From: an uncultured Verrucomicrobiota bacterium
GTDB lineage: Bacteria; Verrucomicrobiota; Verrucomicrobiia; Limisphaerales; UBA9464
DNA length: 37,355 bases
Assembly: GCA_903858835.1 (NCBI GenBank)
Contig: CAIOKD010000062.1
Span: 1 to 37,355, forward strand
Reading direction: 5' to 3'
In this document: positions 1-8,361 of the stretch, one piece after another
How positions within the stretch are numbered: position 1 is the stretch's first letter
Layout of the letters: each line of letters begins with the position of its first letter
Translations under genes and position numbers: made by a program
The notes under the pieces: model-generated
Told to the model about the DNA's origin: nothing
The model's database searches: none
Seen by the model: the letters and a program-made list of their open reading frames with translations, nothing else

Positions 1-156
1 GACCTCCAACCCGCAGAATGCCGACAGGGTCATGAGGATCTCGGAGAGCTTCTCCCGGCACGCCTCGTCCAAGAGCTTCTCCCCACCGACCGTCCGCGAG
101 ATGCAATGGTACACCGCCGCCGCCCCCTCCACCCCCTTGATCCGCGCCAACCTCAT
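1..156 (-). mobile_element. 5' part of a Y1 (HUH) transposase / REP-associated tyrosine transposase (RAYT)-like gene, truncated by the window edge
   Basis: Not in the ORF track. Manual translation from ATG 156 gives MRLARIKGVEGAAAVYHCISRTVGGEKLLDEACREKLSEILMTLSAFCGLEV, open to base 1. YHCISR...FCGxEV is the typical N-terminus preceding the HUH motif of Y1_Tnp/RAYT proteins. Confidence 0.75.
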
Positions 157-162
157 GGACAA

Positions 163-190
163 ACCATGAATCCCAACCAACTCATGTCAA
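163..190 (-). promoter_or_regulatory. Putative sigma-70 promoter of the transposase gene (leaderless)
   Basis: TTGACA (190-185), 16 bp, CATGGT (168-163), 6 nt, ATG 156. Confidence 0.55.
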
Positions 191-226
191 ATACTTTGAA
201 CCTGTCACTTTATTTATTTTGACGGC

Positions 227-255
227 TTGCTGTTGCTGTCGATGTCTTGCATACT
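227..255 (+). promoter_or_regulatory. Putative sigma-70 promoter of rex (leaderless)
   Basis: TTGCTG (227-232), 17 bp, CATACT (250-255), 7 nt, GTG 263. Confidence 0.5.
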
Positions 256-262
256 CAGAAAA

Positions 263-895
263 GTGAATCGGGCAGCTCGCTCAGAGATCCCGCGTAAGAC
301 GGTCTATCGTTTGTCTCAATATCTGCGATGCCTGCAGCGATTGAAGGCAAATGAAATCCAGACGGTCAGCAGTGAGGCGTTGGCCAAAGCTGCGGGGGTC
401 AAGCCAACCCAGTTGAGAAAAGATCTGACCTACTTGGGGCAGTTCGGTACTCGTGGGCTTGGTTACGACGTCGTCCAGTTGGCGGAAATGATCACCTCCC
501 ATTTGGGAACCAATCGGCTTCAACCCGTCGTTCTGGTGGGGGTTGGAAACCTCGGGAGCGCACTGCTGCAGTACCGAGGGTTCGAGCCGGAGGGATTCGA
601 GATCGTGGCGGCGTTCGACCAGATGCCGGATCGCCATCGAGAAATCCCTCTCCGGGTGCCCCTGTTGGGTATGGATCGGCTGGAATCCACCCTCTCAGAG
701 CACCATATCCGCATGGCGATCCTCTCCGTTCCCGCCGCCGCAGCTCAGGAGGTGACCAATCGCTTGGTCGATGCCGGGGTGCTGGGAATCCTCAACTTCG
801 CTCCCATCGTTCCTGTGGTTCCAGAGCATGTGGTTGTGAACCATGTGAACCTCGCCATCGAGCTTGAGAATCTCAGTTACTTCCTCAATGATTGA
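263..895 (+). CDS. rex: Redox-sensing transcriptional repressor Rex
   Basis: IPRKTVYRLSQYLRCL, SSEALA, QLRKDL, FGTRGLGY winged helix; GVGNLG NAD(H) Rossmann motif; GILNFAP. Start GTG 263 preferred (ORF track starts at 227). Confidence 0.95.
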   Translation: MNRAARSEIPRKTVYRLSQYLRCLQRLKANEIQTVSSEALAKAAGVKPTQLRKDLTYLGQFGTRGLGYDVVQLAEMITSHLGTNRLQPVVLVGVGNLGSALLQYRGFEPEGFEIVAAFDQMPDRHREIPLRVPLLGMDRLESTLSEHHIRMAILSVPAAAAQEVTNRLVDAGVLGILNFAPIVPVVPEHVVVNHVNLAIELENLSYFLND

Positions 896-986
896 AGTCG
901 GCCATTCAGGTGGTTCTGTGATCCCGGATGCGATCCGTCTCGAAATGCCCACCATCCACAGGGCTCGGCCAAGCGCGAATACCGGC

Positions 987-2150
987 ATGCTGTCGGACAT
1001 CCGGGACGAAACCCGGGAGTCCTTGGAACTCCAATTCTCGGAATGGCACCAGCCCGCCTACCGCCTCGACCAGATCCTGGAATGGCTTTACCCCCGTCGG
1101 GCGGACCAGTGGGAGGCCATGAGCAACCTACCCGGATCGCTCCGGGCACAGATGGCGGCCCGATGGTCCCTGGGCTCCTTGGATCTGGTCCGCAAACAGG
1201 GTTCCCATGACAGCACCCAGAAATTCCTGTGGCGATTGACCGACGGGGCCCTCGTGGAAAGCGTCCTGATTCCGGCCAACCCCGCCCTGTACGGTGAGGC
1301 CGCCGACCGGCACACGCTCTGCGTCTCCACCCAGGTGGGGTGCGCCTACGGTTGCCGTTTCTGCGCCAGCGGTCTGGAGGGCTGGAAACGCAACCTCGCG
1401 CCGTGGGAGATCATCGGACAGATCCTCGGCGTGGAACGTTGGCACGCCCGTCAGAAGGCCGAGATCCCCGGAAGCCCGACCACCGCACGGAGCCCCGGTA
1501 CTCGACTGATCAACAACCTGGTCATCATGGGTATGGGCGAACCATTGGCCAATTACGACCACCTGCTGAAGGCCCTTCGCACACTCAACGCCCCCTGGGG
1601 TGGTGGGATCGGCGCCCGGAAGATCACCATCTCCACCAGCGGACTGGCCCCACGGATCCGCCAGTTGGCCGAGGAGCCTGAGCAGTTCCGCCTGGCGATC
1701 TCACTGCACGGGGCCACCGATGCCGTCCGCAGCCAGATCATGCCCGTGAACCGGAAGTATCCGCTGGCCGAGCTGACCCAGGCCTGCGGCTACTACCTCG
1801 AGAGGAAGGGCAGGATGATCACCCTCGAATACATCCTGATCGAGGGCATCAACGATGCCCCGGCCGAGGTGAAGCCGCTGGCCTCCCTCGCGCGACGCCT
1901 TCACGCCAAGGTGAACCTCATTCCCTACAACTCGGTCGAGGGGTTGCCCTGGAAACGCCCCAACGAATCCCGCTGCCAAGGCTTCGCCGACGCGCTGTCC
2001 CGCAGCGGCATCGCCTGCACGCTGCGGCTCGAGAAGGGGCACGACATCGACGCGGCCTGCGGGCAACTGCGGCTCAAGACCGAGCGCGAGTCGGCGATCC
2101 GGCCCTCCGATCCCGTCTCCGGCATCGACCCGGCCCCGGTGCGCCCCTAG
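987..2150 (+). CDS. rlmN: Dual-specificity 23S rRNA/tRNA m2A methyltransferase RlmN (radical SAM)
   Basis: CVSTQVGCAYGCRFCASG (CxxxCxxC), MGMGEP, ITISTSG, LAISLH, VNLIPYN, DIDAACGQL. Start uncertain (ATG 945 or 987). Confidence 0.95.
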   Translation: MLSDIRDETRESLELQFSEWHQPAYRLDQILEWLYPRRADQWEAMSNLPGSLRAQMAARWSLGSLDLVRKQGSHDSTQKFLWRLTDGALVESVLIPANPALYGEAADRHTLCVSTQVGCAYGCRFCASGLEGWKRNLAPWEIIGQILGVERWHARQKAEIPGSPTTARSPGTRLINNLVIMGMGEPLANYDHLLKALRTLNAPWGGGIGARKITISTSGLAPRIRQLAEEPEQFRLAISLHGATDAVRSQIMPVNRKYPLAELTQACGYYLERKGRMITLEYILIEGINDAPAEVKPLASLARRLHAKVNLIPYNSVEGLPWKRPNESRCQGFADALSRSGIACTLRLEKGHDIDAACGQLRLKTERESAIRPSDPVSGIDPAPVRP

Positions 2151-2160
2151 TCTCCTCCCG

Positions 2161-2808
2161 GTGATCGCGCTCCTCGATTACGATTCCGGCAACATCCGCA
2201 GCGTCGAGAAGGCCCTCCGAAAGGCCGGTGCCGAGGTGGTGCGAACACGCACTCCGGAGGCGATGGCCGGGGCCTCGGGCATCGTGCTGCCGGGCGTCGG
2301 TGCCTTCGACGACTGCATCCAGGCACTTGAGCGACAGGGTCTCCTCGACGCGGTCCGCCGGTGGATCGCCGAAGACCGGCCGTTCCTGGGGATTTGCGTC
2401 GGATACCAGGCCCTGTTCGAGCGCAGCGACGAATTCAACTCCCGCGCGCGCGGGTTGGGGATCTTCCGCGGATCGGTGGTGCGCTTCCAACCCACCGCCG
2501 AGATGCCGAACCTGAAGATCCCGCAGATCGGCTGGAACCAGATCCACCTGTGTCAATCCGACTGTCCGCTTTACCGGGGCATCGCCGAGGGCAGTTGGTT
2601 CTATTTCGTCCATAGTTTCCACCCGAGCCCCGAGGATGCCACGATCGTGGCCACCGAGACGACCTACGGCCCCACCTTCGCGTCGTCGGTCTGGCGCGGG
2701 AACACCTTCGCCACCCAGTTCCACCCCGAGAAGAGCCAGGACAACGGCCTCCGACTGTTGGCCAATTTCGTGGCCTTGGCCGAGTCGACCCCGCCGCCGG
2801 GCCGCTGA
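2161..2808 (+). CDS. hisH: Imidazole glycerol phosphate synthase glutaminase subunit HisH
   Basis: LLDYDSGNIRSV, LPGVGAF, LGICVGYQ (catalytic Cys), PQIGWN, YFVHSF, QFHPEKS. Confidence 0.95.
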   Translation: MIALLDYDSGNIRSVEKALRKAGAEVVRTRTPEAMAGASGIVLPGVGAFDDCIQALERQGLLDAVRRWIAEDRPFLGICVGYQALFERSDEFNSRARGLGIFRGSVVRFQPTAEMPNLKIPQIGWNQIHLCQSDCPLYRGIAEGSWFYFVHSFHPSPEDATIVATETTYGPTFASSVWRGNTFATQFHPEKSQDNGLRLLANFVALAESTPPPGR

Positions 2809-2932
2809 TCCTTTGGCGGGCCGGTTGTTCGCCGTCGCCCGGACACAGCCCCACCCAGCGCATCGCTCGTCGGTCGCAGATCACCGGGAGCACGCGTCCT
2901 CCGCGAGCACCTCCTGGTCCTCCTATCGGCCC

Positions 2933-4003
2933 TCAGAGCCCGGCAGCCCAGGGTTCCAGGGCGTCCAAGACCGACGCCACGGAGACCGACGCCATGAGCG
3001 CGACCAGCGCCTCTGCAGTGCCGGCGATCGGCCGCCCATCGTATCGATAGAACTCAAGATGCCGCCCCCCGATCGCCGGATTGGGAATCAGGGTCCACTC
3101 CCGCCGGCGCGGATGGACGGGCGGATTCAGCGTCGGCGTCTCGATCACCCACTGGCGGGGAACCCCCATCGCCGACGCGATGTGCATGAACACGGTGTCG
3201 ACGCTCAGGAATCCCCCGGCATGCCCCACCAGGGCCATGGCCTCGCGCAGCCCCGGAGACTGCGCCTCCAAGAATTCGGCGCCCGCCGCCCGCAACTCGC
3301 CGTGCAGAGCGCGCTCCTCGTGCGCCCCGAACAGGACGATGGGAATCGCCGGATGCCGTCGGGTCCATTCCTGGATCAGCGCGGCATACCGCGCCACGGG
3401 CCAACGGCGCAACGCGAGGTTCTTGGTGCCCCCCGATCCGGTGTGGATGCCCAACCAGGGGCGGCCCGCGAGGTTCCGTTCCTCGAGCCATCCGCGGGCC
3501 CAAGCCCGCTCGTCTTCGGTGAGGAACACCTCGTACCCGGGATGTCCAAGCCGCGGGGCCAAGCCCAGCAACCCGATCAGCCGGGCGTTGTTCTCCATCA
3601 CGTGCACCGAATAATCCTGTGGCAGCGAACGGGTCACCAGCCATCGGTCCATCCACGACTGGTTCTCGTATTCGTGACTGAGCCGCGTTTCGGCGCCGAT
3701 CAACCGGGCGATCAGTCGATAGCCCCGGCGTCCCTGGGTGTGGGTGTTGATGGAGAGATCATACCGACGCCGACGCAGTTCCAGACATCGGGCCACCGAT
3801 GACAGACTCCCCTCCTTGAGGAAATCATGCCGGATCACCTCGCGGACGTTCGGATTGCTCCGGAGAACCTCTGCCGCACCCGCCCACAGGACCAACACAT
3901 CGATCTCCGCCGACGGAAACTGGAGATGCAGCTCATGCAACAGCGGGGTCGCCATGAGCGTGTCGCCGATGCCGGAGAGGGACAGGACGAGGATTCGCTT
4001 CAC
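2933..4003 (-). CDS. Glycosyltransferase family 9 (ADP-heptose:LPS heptosyltransferase-like)
   Basis: KRILVLSLSGIGDTLMATP, RRWP, VDTVFMHIASAMGVP motifs of GT9. Start GTG 4003 preferred (ORF track 4039). Confidence 0.85.
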   Translation of the reverse strand: MKRILVLSLSGIGDTLMATPLLHELHLQFPSAEIDVLVLWAGAAEVLRSNPNVREVIRHDFLKEGSLSSVARCLELRRRRYDLSINTHTQGRRGYRLIARLIGAETRLSHEYENQSWMDRWLVTRSLPQDYSVHVMENNARLIGLLGLAPRLGHPGYEVFLTEDERAWARGWLEERNLAGRPWLGIHTGSGGTKNLALRRWPVARYAALIQEWTRRHPAIPIVLFGAHEERALHGELRAAGAEFLEAQSPGLREAMALVGHAGGFLSVDTVFMHIASAMGVPRQWVIETPTLNPPVHPRRREWTLIPNPAIGGRHLEFYRYDGRPIAGTAEALVALMASVSVASVLDALEPWAAGL

Positions 4004-4301
4004 CGTGCCGACACGGTATGGACCGGTGACGATGGCCACAAGGCGGGGGAAGATCCGCTCCGCAGGGACCTTCAGGTGCCATCGAGGATGGGCCTCTCCA
4101 TCGGGCGCGTTTTTGTCGCCCTAAATGACTTGCGGCGACCGGAGTTCAGCACAATCTTGTCTCTCCGCAGGTGGCGACACACTCCTCGAGTGTCGCCCAT
4201 ATTCCCCCCGGTCCTATTTCCGCTCGGAACTGCGTTGGCGTCTTTGAGGACGCTCCCGAGGCAGACCCATCCCAAACCCATTTCCAAGGAACCGTTTCCC
4301 A

Positions 4302-5906
4302 ATGCCCCGCGCACCGAAAGACCCGTCCGCACCCAAAAAGGCACGGACGCCCCGAAAGAAGTCCGAGATCCCGCCGGAGTCCGCGGATGAATCGCCGAAA
4401 TCCTCCAAACCCGAGGCACCGATCGCAGCCGCGGAATCCACCCCCCGGATCAACACCGCCGAGGACACCTCGCTGAACGTGCCGCCGCCCCAGCCCGGAC
4501 AGGTCCGCACCCGGGAGGCCGACGAGGAGCCCTTGGTCGTCAAAGCATCCCCGCTGCCGCCCCGGGCACGCATGGCCCCGCCCAACGAGGATGCGCCCGT
4601 GCCCGATGCCCCCGAGAAACCCCAGGTGGTGATCGAGCCGAAGACCCTCAACCTGCACGAATTGCAACCGATGCCCATCGGGCCTCTGGCCGACGTGGCC
4701 AAGCATTTCGGCATCGAGAACTACGGCACGCTCAAGCGCCAGGAGATCATCTTCCAGATCGTCCAGCGCAACCTGGCCGCCGGCGGCATCATCAACACCC
4801 GCGGCGTCCTGGAGGTGATGCCGGAGGGCTTCGGTTTCCTGCGTTCCCCGGCCTTCAATTACCTGCCCTGCCCCGAAGACATCTACGTGTCCCCGTCGCA
4901 GATCCGCCGCTTCGACCTGGCCACCGGCGACGATGTCGAGGGACAGGTGCGCCCGCCGAAGGACAAGGAGAAGTTCTACGCCCTGCTGAAGGTCGAGCGC
5001 GTGGCCGGACTCGATCCCGACAAGGCGAAGGAGAAGACCCACTTCGAGAACCTCACCCCGCTGTTCCCGAATCGGCGCTTCCTGCTCGAGACCTCGCCCG
5101 ACGAATACAGCACCCGGGTCGTCGACATCGTCTGCCCCGTCGGCAAGGGGACCCGCGGCCTGATCGTCGCCCCGCCCCGCACCGGCAAGACCGTGCTGAT
5201 GCAGAAGCTGGCCAACGCCATCCTCAAGAACAACACCGACTGCCACCTGATCATCCTGCTGATCGACGAGCGCCCGGAGGAGGTCACCGACATGGAGCGT
5301 TCCTGTCGCGGGGCCGAGGTGGTGAGTTCCACCTTCGACGAGCCGCCCGAGCGTCACGTCCAGGTGGCCGAGATGGTCATCGAAAAAGCCCGGCGCATGG
5401 TCGAGCACAAGAAGGACGTGGTGATCCTGCTCGATTCGATCACCCGCTTGGCGCGCGCCTACAACACGGTGCAGCCGCATTCGGGCAAGATCCTCTCGGG
5501 CGGCGTCGACGCCAACGCATTGCACAAGCCCAAGCGCTTCTTCGGGGCAGCCCGCAACATCGAGGAGGGCGGATCCCTGACGATCATGGCCACGGCGCTG
5601 GTCGACACCGGCAGCCGCATGGACGAGGTGATCTTCGAGGAGTTCAAAGGCACCGGAAACATGGAGATCCACCTCGACCGTTCGCTGGTCGATCGCCGCA
5701 TCTTCCCCTCGATCAACATCGAGAAGTCCGGCACCCGCAAGGAGGAGCTCCTGTACCATCCCGACGAATACCAGCGCATCTCCGTGCTGCGCCGCGCCCT
5801 GGTCGGTGTCCCACCCGTGGAATCGATGGAACTGCTGCTCGGCAAACTCAAGAAGACGCCGAACAACATCATGTTCCTGCTGTCCATGGGCGCGCCCTCG
5901 CGTTGA
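4302..5906 (+). CDS. rho: Transcription termination factor Rho with N-terminal low-complexity extension
   Basis: [27 protein letters not shown], Walker [50 protein letters not shown]. Confidence 0.97.
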   Translation: MPRAPKDPSAPKKARTPRKKSEIPPESADESPKSSKPEAPIAAAESTPRINTAEDTSLNVPPPQPGQVRTREADEEPLVVKASPLPPRARMAPPNEDAPVPDAPEKPQVVIEPKTLNLHELQPMPIGPLADVAKHFGIENYGTLKRQEIIFQIVQRNLAAGGIINTRGVLEVMPEGFGFLRSPAFNYLPCPEDIYVSPSQIRRFDLATGDDVEGQVRPPKDKEKFYALLKVERVAGLDPDKAKEKTHFENLTPLFPNRRFLLETSPDEYSTRVVDIVCPVGKGTRGLIVAPPRTGKTVLMQKLANAILKNNTDCHLIILLIDERPEEVTDMERSCRGAEVVSSTFDEPPERHVQVAEMVIEKARRMVEHKKDVVILLDSITRLARAYNTVQPHSGKILSGGVDANALHKPKRFFGAARNIEEGGSLTIMATALVDTGSRMDEVIFEEFKGTGNMEIHLDRSLVDRRIFPSINIEKSGTRKEELLYHPDEYQRISVLRRALVGVPPVESMELLLGKLKKTPNNIMFLLSMGAPSR

Positions 5907-5928
5907 GGGCCGAGGCACCGACGCGGTT

Positions 5929-6951
5929 TCAACCGCGCCCAAGCGGACCATGTGATCCGTGGGCGGACTCTCCGCGCAGGCGATTGAGTTGGTCGCGCAG
6001 ATCGTCGAGCCCGCCCACCAGAACCGCTCCGATCGATTCGATCTCGGAACGGTAGGCTGCGCTGGCTCGCCCCCCCACCAAGATCCGGGTGGAGGCGGGC
6101 AGCAGACGCCGGAGCAGCTTCAGCTCCAGAGCGAGTGACGGATCGCCGGTGGGGTGCACCACGCTCAACCCGACGGCCTTCGCCCCCTGCTCGGTGGCCA
6201 TTCCGGCGATCTCCTCGGCCGGAAGGCACGCACCGCCGTAGACCACGCGCCAGCCCAGGCCGGTGGAGGCAGCGGCAACGATGATCGCCCCCAGTTCATG
6301 CACCTGTCCGGAGGGCGTGGTGACCACCATCACCGGGGCCCGCGGGTGCAGAGCGATCGGCCGGGCGATGTTCCCCAGGAAGGTACGGAGGACCGACGTG
6401 GCCACGTGCTCCTGCGACACCTTCACCTCGCCGCGCAGCCAACCATCCCCGATGCGCTCGACCAGCGGCACGATCAGCTCAGCCAACAGCCGCATCTGAC
6501 CCATCGCCACGGAGGCTCGTTCCAGCAGGCCCTCCAGGCCCGCAGCGTCGGTCCGCAACACCGCCTGGAAGGCTCCCTCCAGGAAGCCCAAGGTTTCTTC
6601 GGCGGCTGGCGCGCTCCCGACAACGAAGGGCACTCCGATGCCCCCGCCGACGGGCGAGAATTCTCTGGAATGCTCTACGGAGGCGAAACCCCGATCGGAG
6701 CCCGATAGAAGGGAGCGCAGGGAATCGACGGAAAGAGACGCGATGGTTCCGATCGAAAACCCGGCCTCGGTCGCGCGACGCAGCAGAGTCAATCGCTCGA
6801 TGTCCGCGGCCGAATACAGGCGCTGCCTGCCCTCGGAACGGGCCGGACGAACCGTCTGATAGCGTTTTTCCCAAGCCCGAATGACATGGGGACTCAAACC
6901 CGTTTGCTGTGCGACGGTCCTGATCGAATGCTTGACCGCGGGATCACTCAT
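5929..6951 (-). CDS. CarH/LitR-type cobalamin-binding MerR-family transcriptional regulator
   Basis: MerR HTH ([23 protein letters not shown]...[10 protein letters not shown]); helical cap with W-x9-EH ([12 protein letters not shown]); B12 Rossmann motif QxH-xx-G-x41-S...GG (GQVHELG...VGLSVV...ILVGG). Start ATG 6951. Confidence 0.88.
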   Translation of the reverse strand: MSDPAVKHSIRTVAQQTGLSPHVIRAWEKRYQTVRPARSEGRQRLYSAADIERLTLLRRATEAGFSIGTIASLSVDSLRSLLSGSDRGFASVEHSREFSPVGGGIGVPFVVGSAPAAEETLGFLEGAFQAVLRTDAAGLEGLLERASVAMGQMRLLAELIVPLVERIGDGWLRGEVKVSQEHVATSVLRTFLGNIARPIALHPRAPVMVVTTPSGQVHELGAIIVAAASTGLGWRVVYGGACLPAEEIAGMATEQGAKAVGLSVVHPTGDPSLALELKLLRRLLPASTRILVGGRASAAYRSEIESIGAVLVGGLDDLRDQLNRLRGESAHGSHGPLGRG

Positions 6952-7062
6952 TTCCGAACAACGTTGACCGAAAGTTGAACACAAGCAAGACATACGAATC
7001 CAACTTAGACAAAGGATTTCAAAAAGGACCAACCAAACACCAAAAAACCATGAAATCAGGTC

Positions 7063-7129
7063 TTTGTTGAAAATTGTTAGACATTTCGAAATCCATTTGT
7101 TGACATTTCGTCTAAGTTTGAACTAAGTT
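7063..7129 (+). promoter_or_regulatory. Phased 11-bp direct-repeat array (CarH-operator-like) overlapping the sigma-factor promoter
   Basis: Consecutive 11-mers from 7063: tttgttgaaaa / ttgttagacat / ttcgaaatcca / tttgttgacat / ttcgtctaagt / ttgaactaagt. -35 TTGACA at 7100-7105 and -10 TAAGTT at 7124-7129 (18-bp spacer). Confidence 0.7.
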
Positions 7130-7189
7130 GGTTGCAGCTCGCTTCCAAAGGTCCGTCCACGGAAATCTCAACTCCAGAAATCTACGCTG

Positions 7190-8341
7190 ATGAAATCCAG
7201 AAAGCTCCCCCGCAGCAAGGCGACCTCCCCGTCAAAGCCCTCCAAAGCCACGAAACGGGCCGCCCTCACTCGGGCCACCTCCTCCAAGCGGAAGCTGCAG
7301 CGTAAAAAATCAGCCTCTCGGAAAAACATATCGCCCACCCCTCCGGCTCGCCCGGTGACCGTGCGGTCGATCTCCCAAGCTCCTCGCGCGGCCAAGGGTC
7401 GCGGTGAACCCGTCGCGCAAAAGCCCGGGGTGCTCATGGTCGACGGAATCCCCGTGGTGCCAACCCCGGCCGAGCCGGTCCGCGACCTGTACGAGTCGAA
7501 GAGCGCCCTCAATCTCTACATGCGCGAGGCTGTGGAAGTGCCTCTGCTGACCGTGGCCGAGGAGAATGCCCTGGCTGCGAGGATCAAGAAGGGCGACCCG
7601 GTGGCACGTGAACACATGATCCGGGCGAACCTGCGTCTGGTGGTGAAGATCGCCAAGGATTACGACGGTCTCGGGCTTCCCCTGCTCGATCTGATCAACG
7701 AGGGGAACATGGGCCTGATGAAGGGTGTTGAACGTTTCGACCCCTCCAAGGGCGGCAAGCTCTCCACCTACAGCTCCTGGTGGATCAAGCAATCGATCAA
7801 GCGGGCCCTGGCCAACCAGTCCAAGACCATCCGCCTGCCGGTGCACCTGGTGGACAAGATTTCCCGGATGCGCCGGGTGGCCATGGAACTGCAGGAACTC
7901 TTCGGCCGCGAAGCCACGGACGAAGAGATCGCCGAGGAGATGGAGGTGCCGCTCCGGAAGGTGAGGCTGTGGCGCCGGGCGTCCCTCCGCACCAGCTCCC
8001 TCGACGAATCCCTTGGCGACGAGGATTCCAGCAAGCTGGGCGACGTGGTTCCTGATGAGTCCTGCCAGACCCCCTACGAGGACCTCGAGAGCCGAACCAC
8101 CCATCAACTGCTCCAGAACAGCCTGCACATCCTGGACTCGCGCGAGATGACCATCCTCCGGGAGCGATTCGCCCTCGACGGCGGTCAGGAGAAGACCCTC
8201 GACGAGATCGGGCAGAAGTTCGGCGTCACCCGAGAGCGCATCCGCCAACTCCAGAATATCGCGCTGGCCAAGCTTCGGAAGAAGATCGAAGCGGTCGAGG
8301 CGGTCCGGATCCCGGAGACCGCCGAGGACGGCATCCACTGA
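7190..8341 (+). CDS. RNA polymerase sigma-70 factor, RpoD/SigA/RpoS family (no acidic region 1.1; basic N-terminal tail)
   Basis: Region 1.2 ALNLYMRE...LLTVAEE; region 2 MIRANLRLVVKIAKDY...DLINEGNMGLMKGVERFDP...STYSSWWIKQSIKRAL; region 3 TIRLPVH; region 4.2 TLDEIGQKFGVTRERIRQ. Confidence 0.93.
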   Translation: MKSRKLPRSKATSPSKPSKATKRAALTRATSSKRKLQRKKSASRKNISPTPPARPVTVRSISQAPRAAKGRGEPVAQKPGVLMVDGIPVVPTPAEPVRDLYESKSALNLYMREAVEVPLLTVAEENALAARIKKGDPVAREHMIRANLRLVVKIAKDYDGLGLPLLDLINEGNMGLMKGVERFDPSKGGKLSTYSSWWIKQSIKRALANQSKTIRLPVHLVDKISRMRRVAMELQELFGREATDEEIAEEMEVPLRKVRLWRRASLRTSSLDESLGDEDSSKLGDVVPDESCQTPYEDLESRTTHQLLQNSLHILDSREMTILRERFALDGGQEKTLDEIGQKFGVTRERIRQLQNIALAKLRKKIEAVEAVRIPETAEDGIH

Positions 8342-8361
8342 TCCGCCAAAGGCTTCGAACG

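Noticed and set aside
186-223. Dyads upstream of rex (TCAAA-TAC-TTTGA; GTCAAA...TTTGAC) as a Rex operator
   Set aside because: Poor match to the TTGTGAA-N4-TTCACAA Rex consensus; explainable by AT richness and the TTGACA -35.
2636-3802. 388-aa plus-strand ORF over hisH/GT9
   Set aside because: Arg/Pro-rich off-frame translation overlapping well-supported genes.
4146-5951. 601-aa ORF antisense to rho
   Set aside because: Shadow ORF produced by high-GC codon bias opposite a conserved gene; no motifs.
6952-7189. Intergenic repeats as a mini-CRISPR or cobalamin riboswitch
   Set aside because: Units are 11 bp, contiguous and degenerate with no spacers or cas genes; no B12-box or riboswitch stems recognised.
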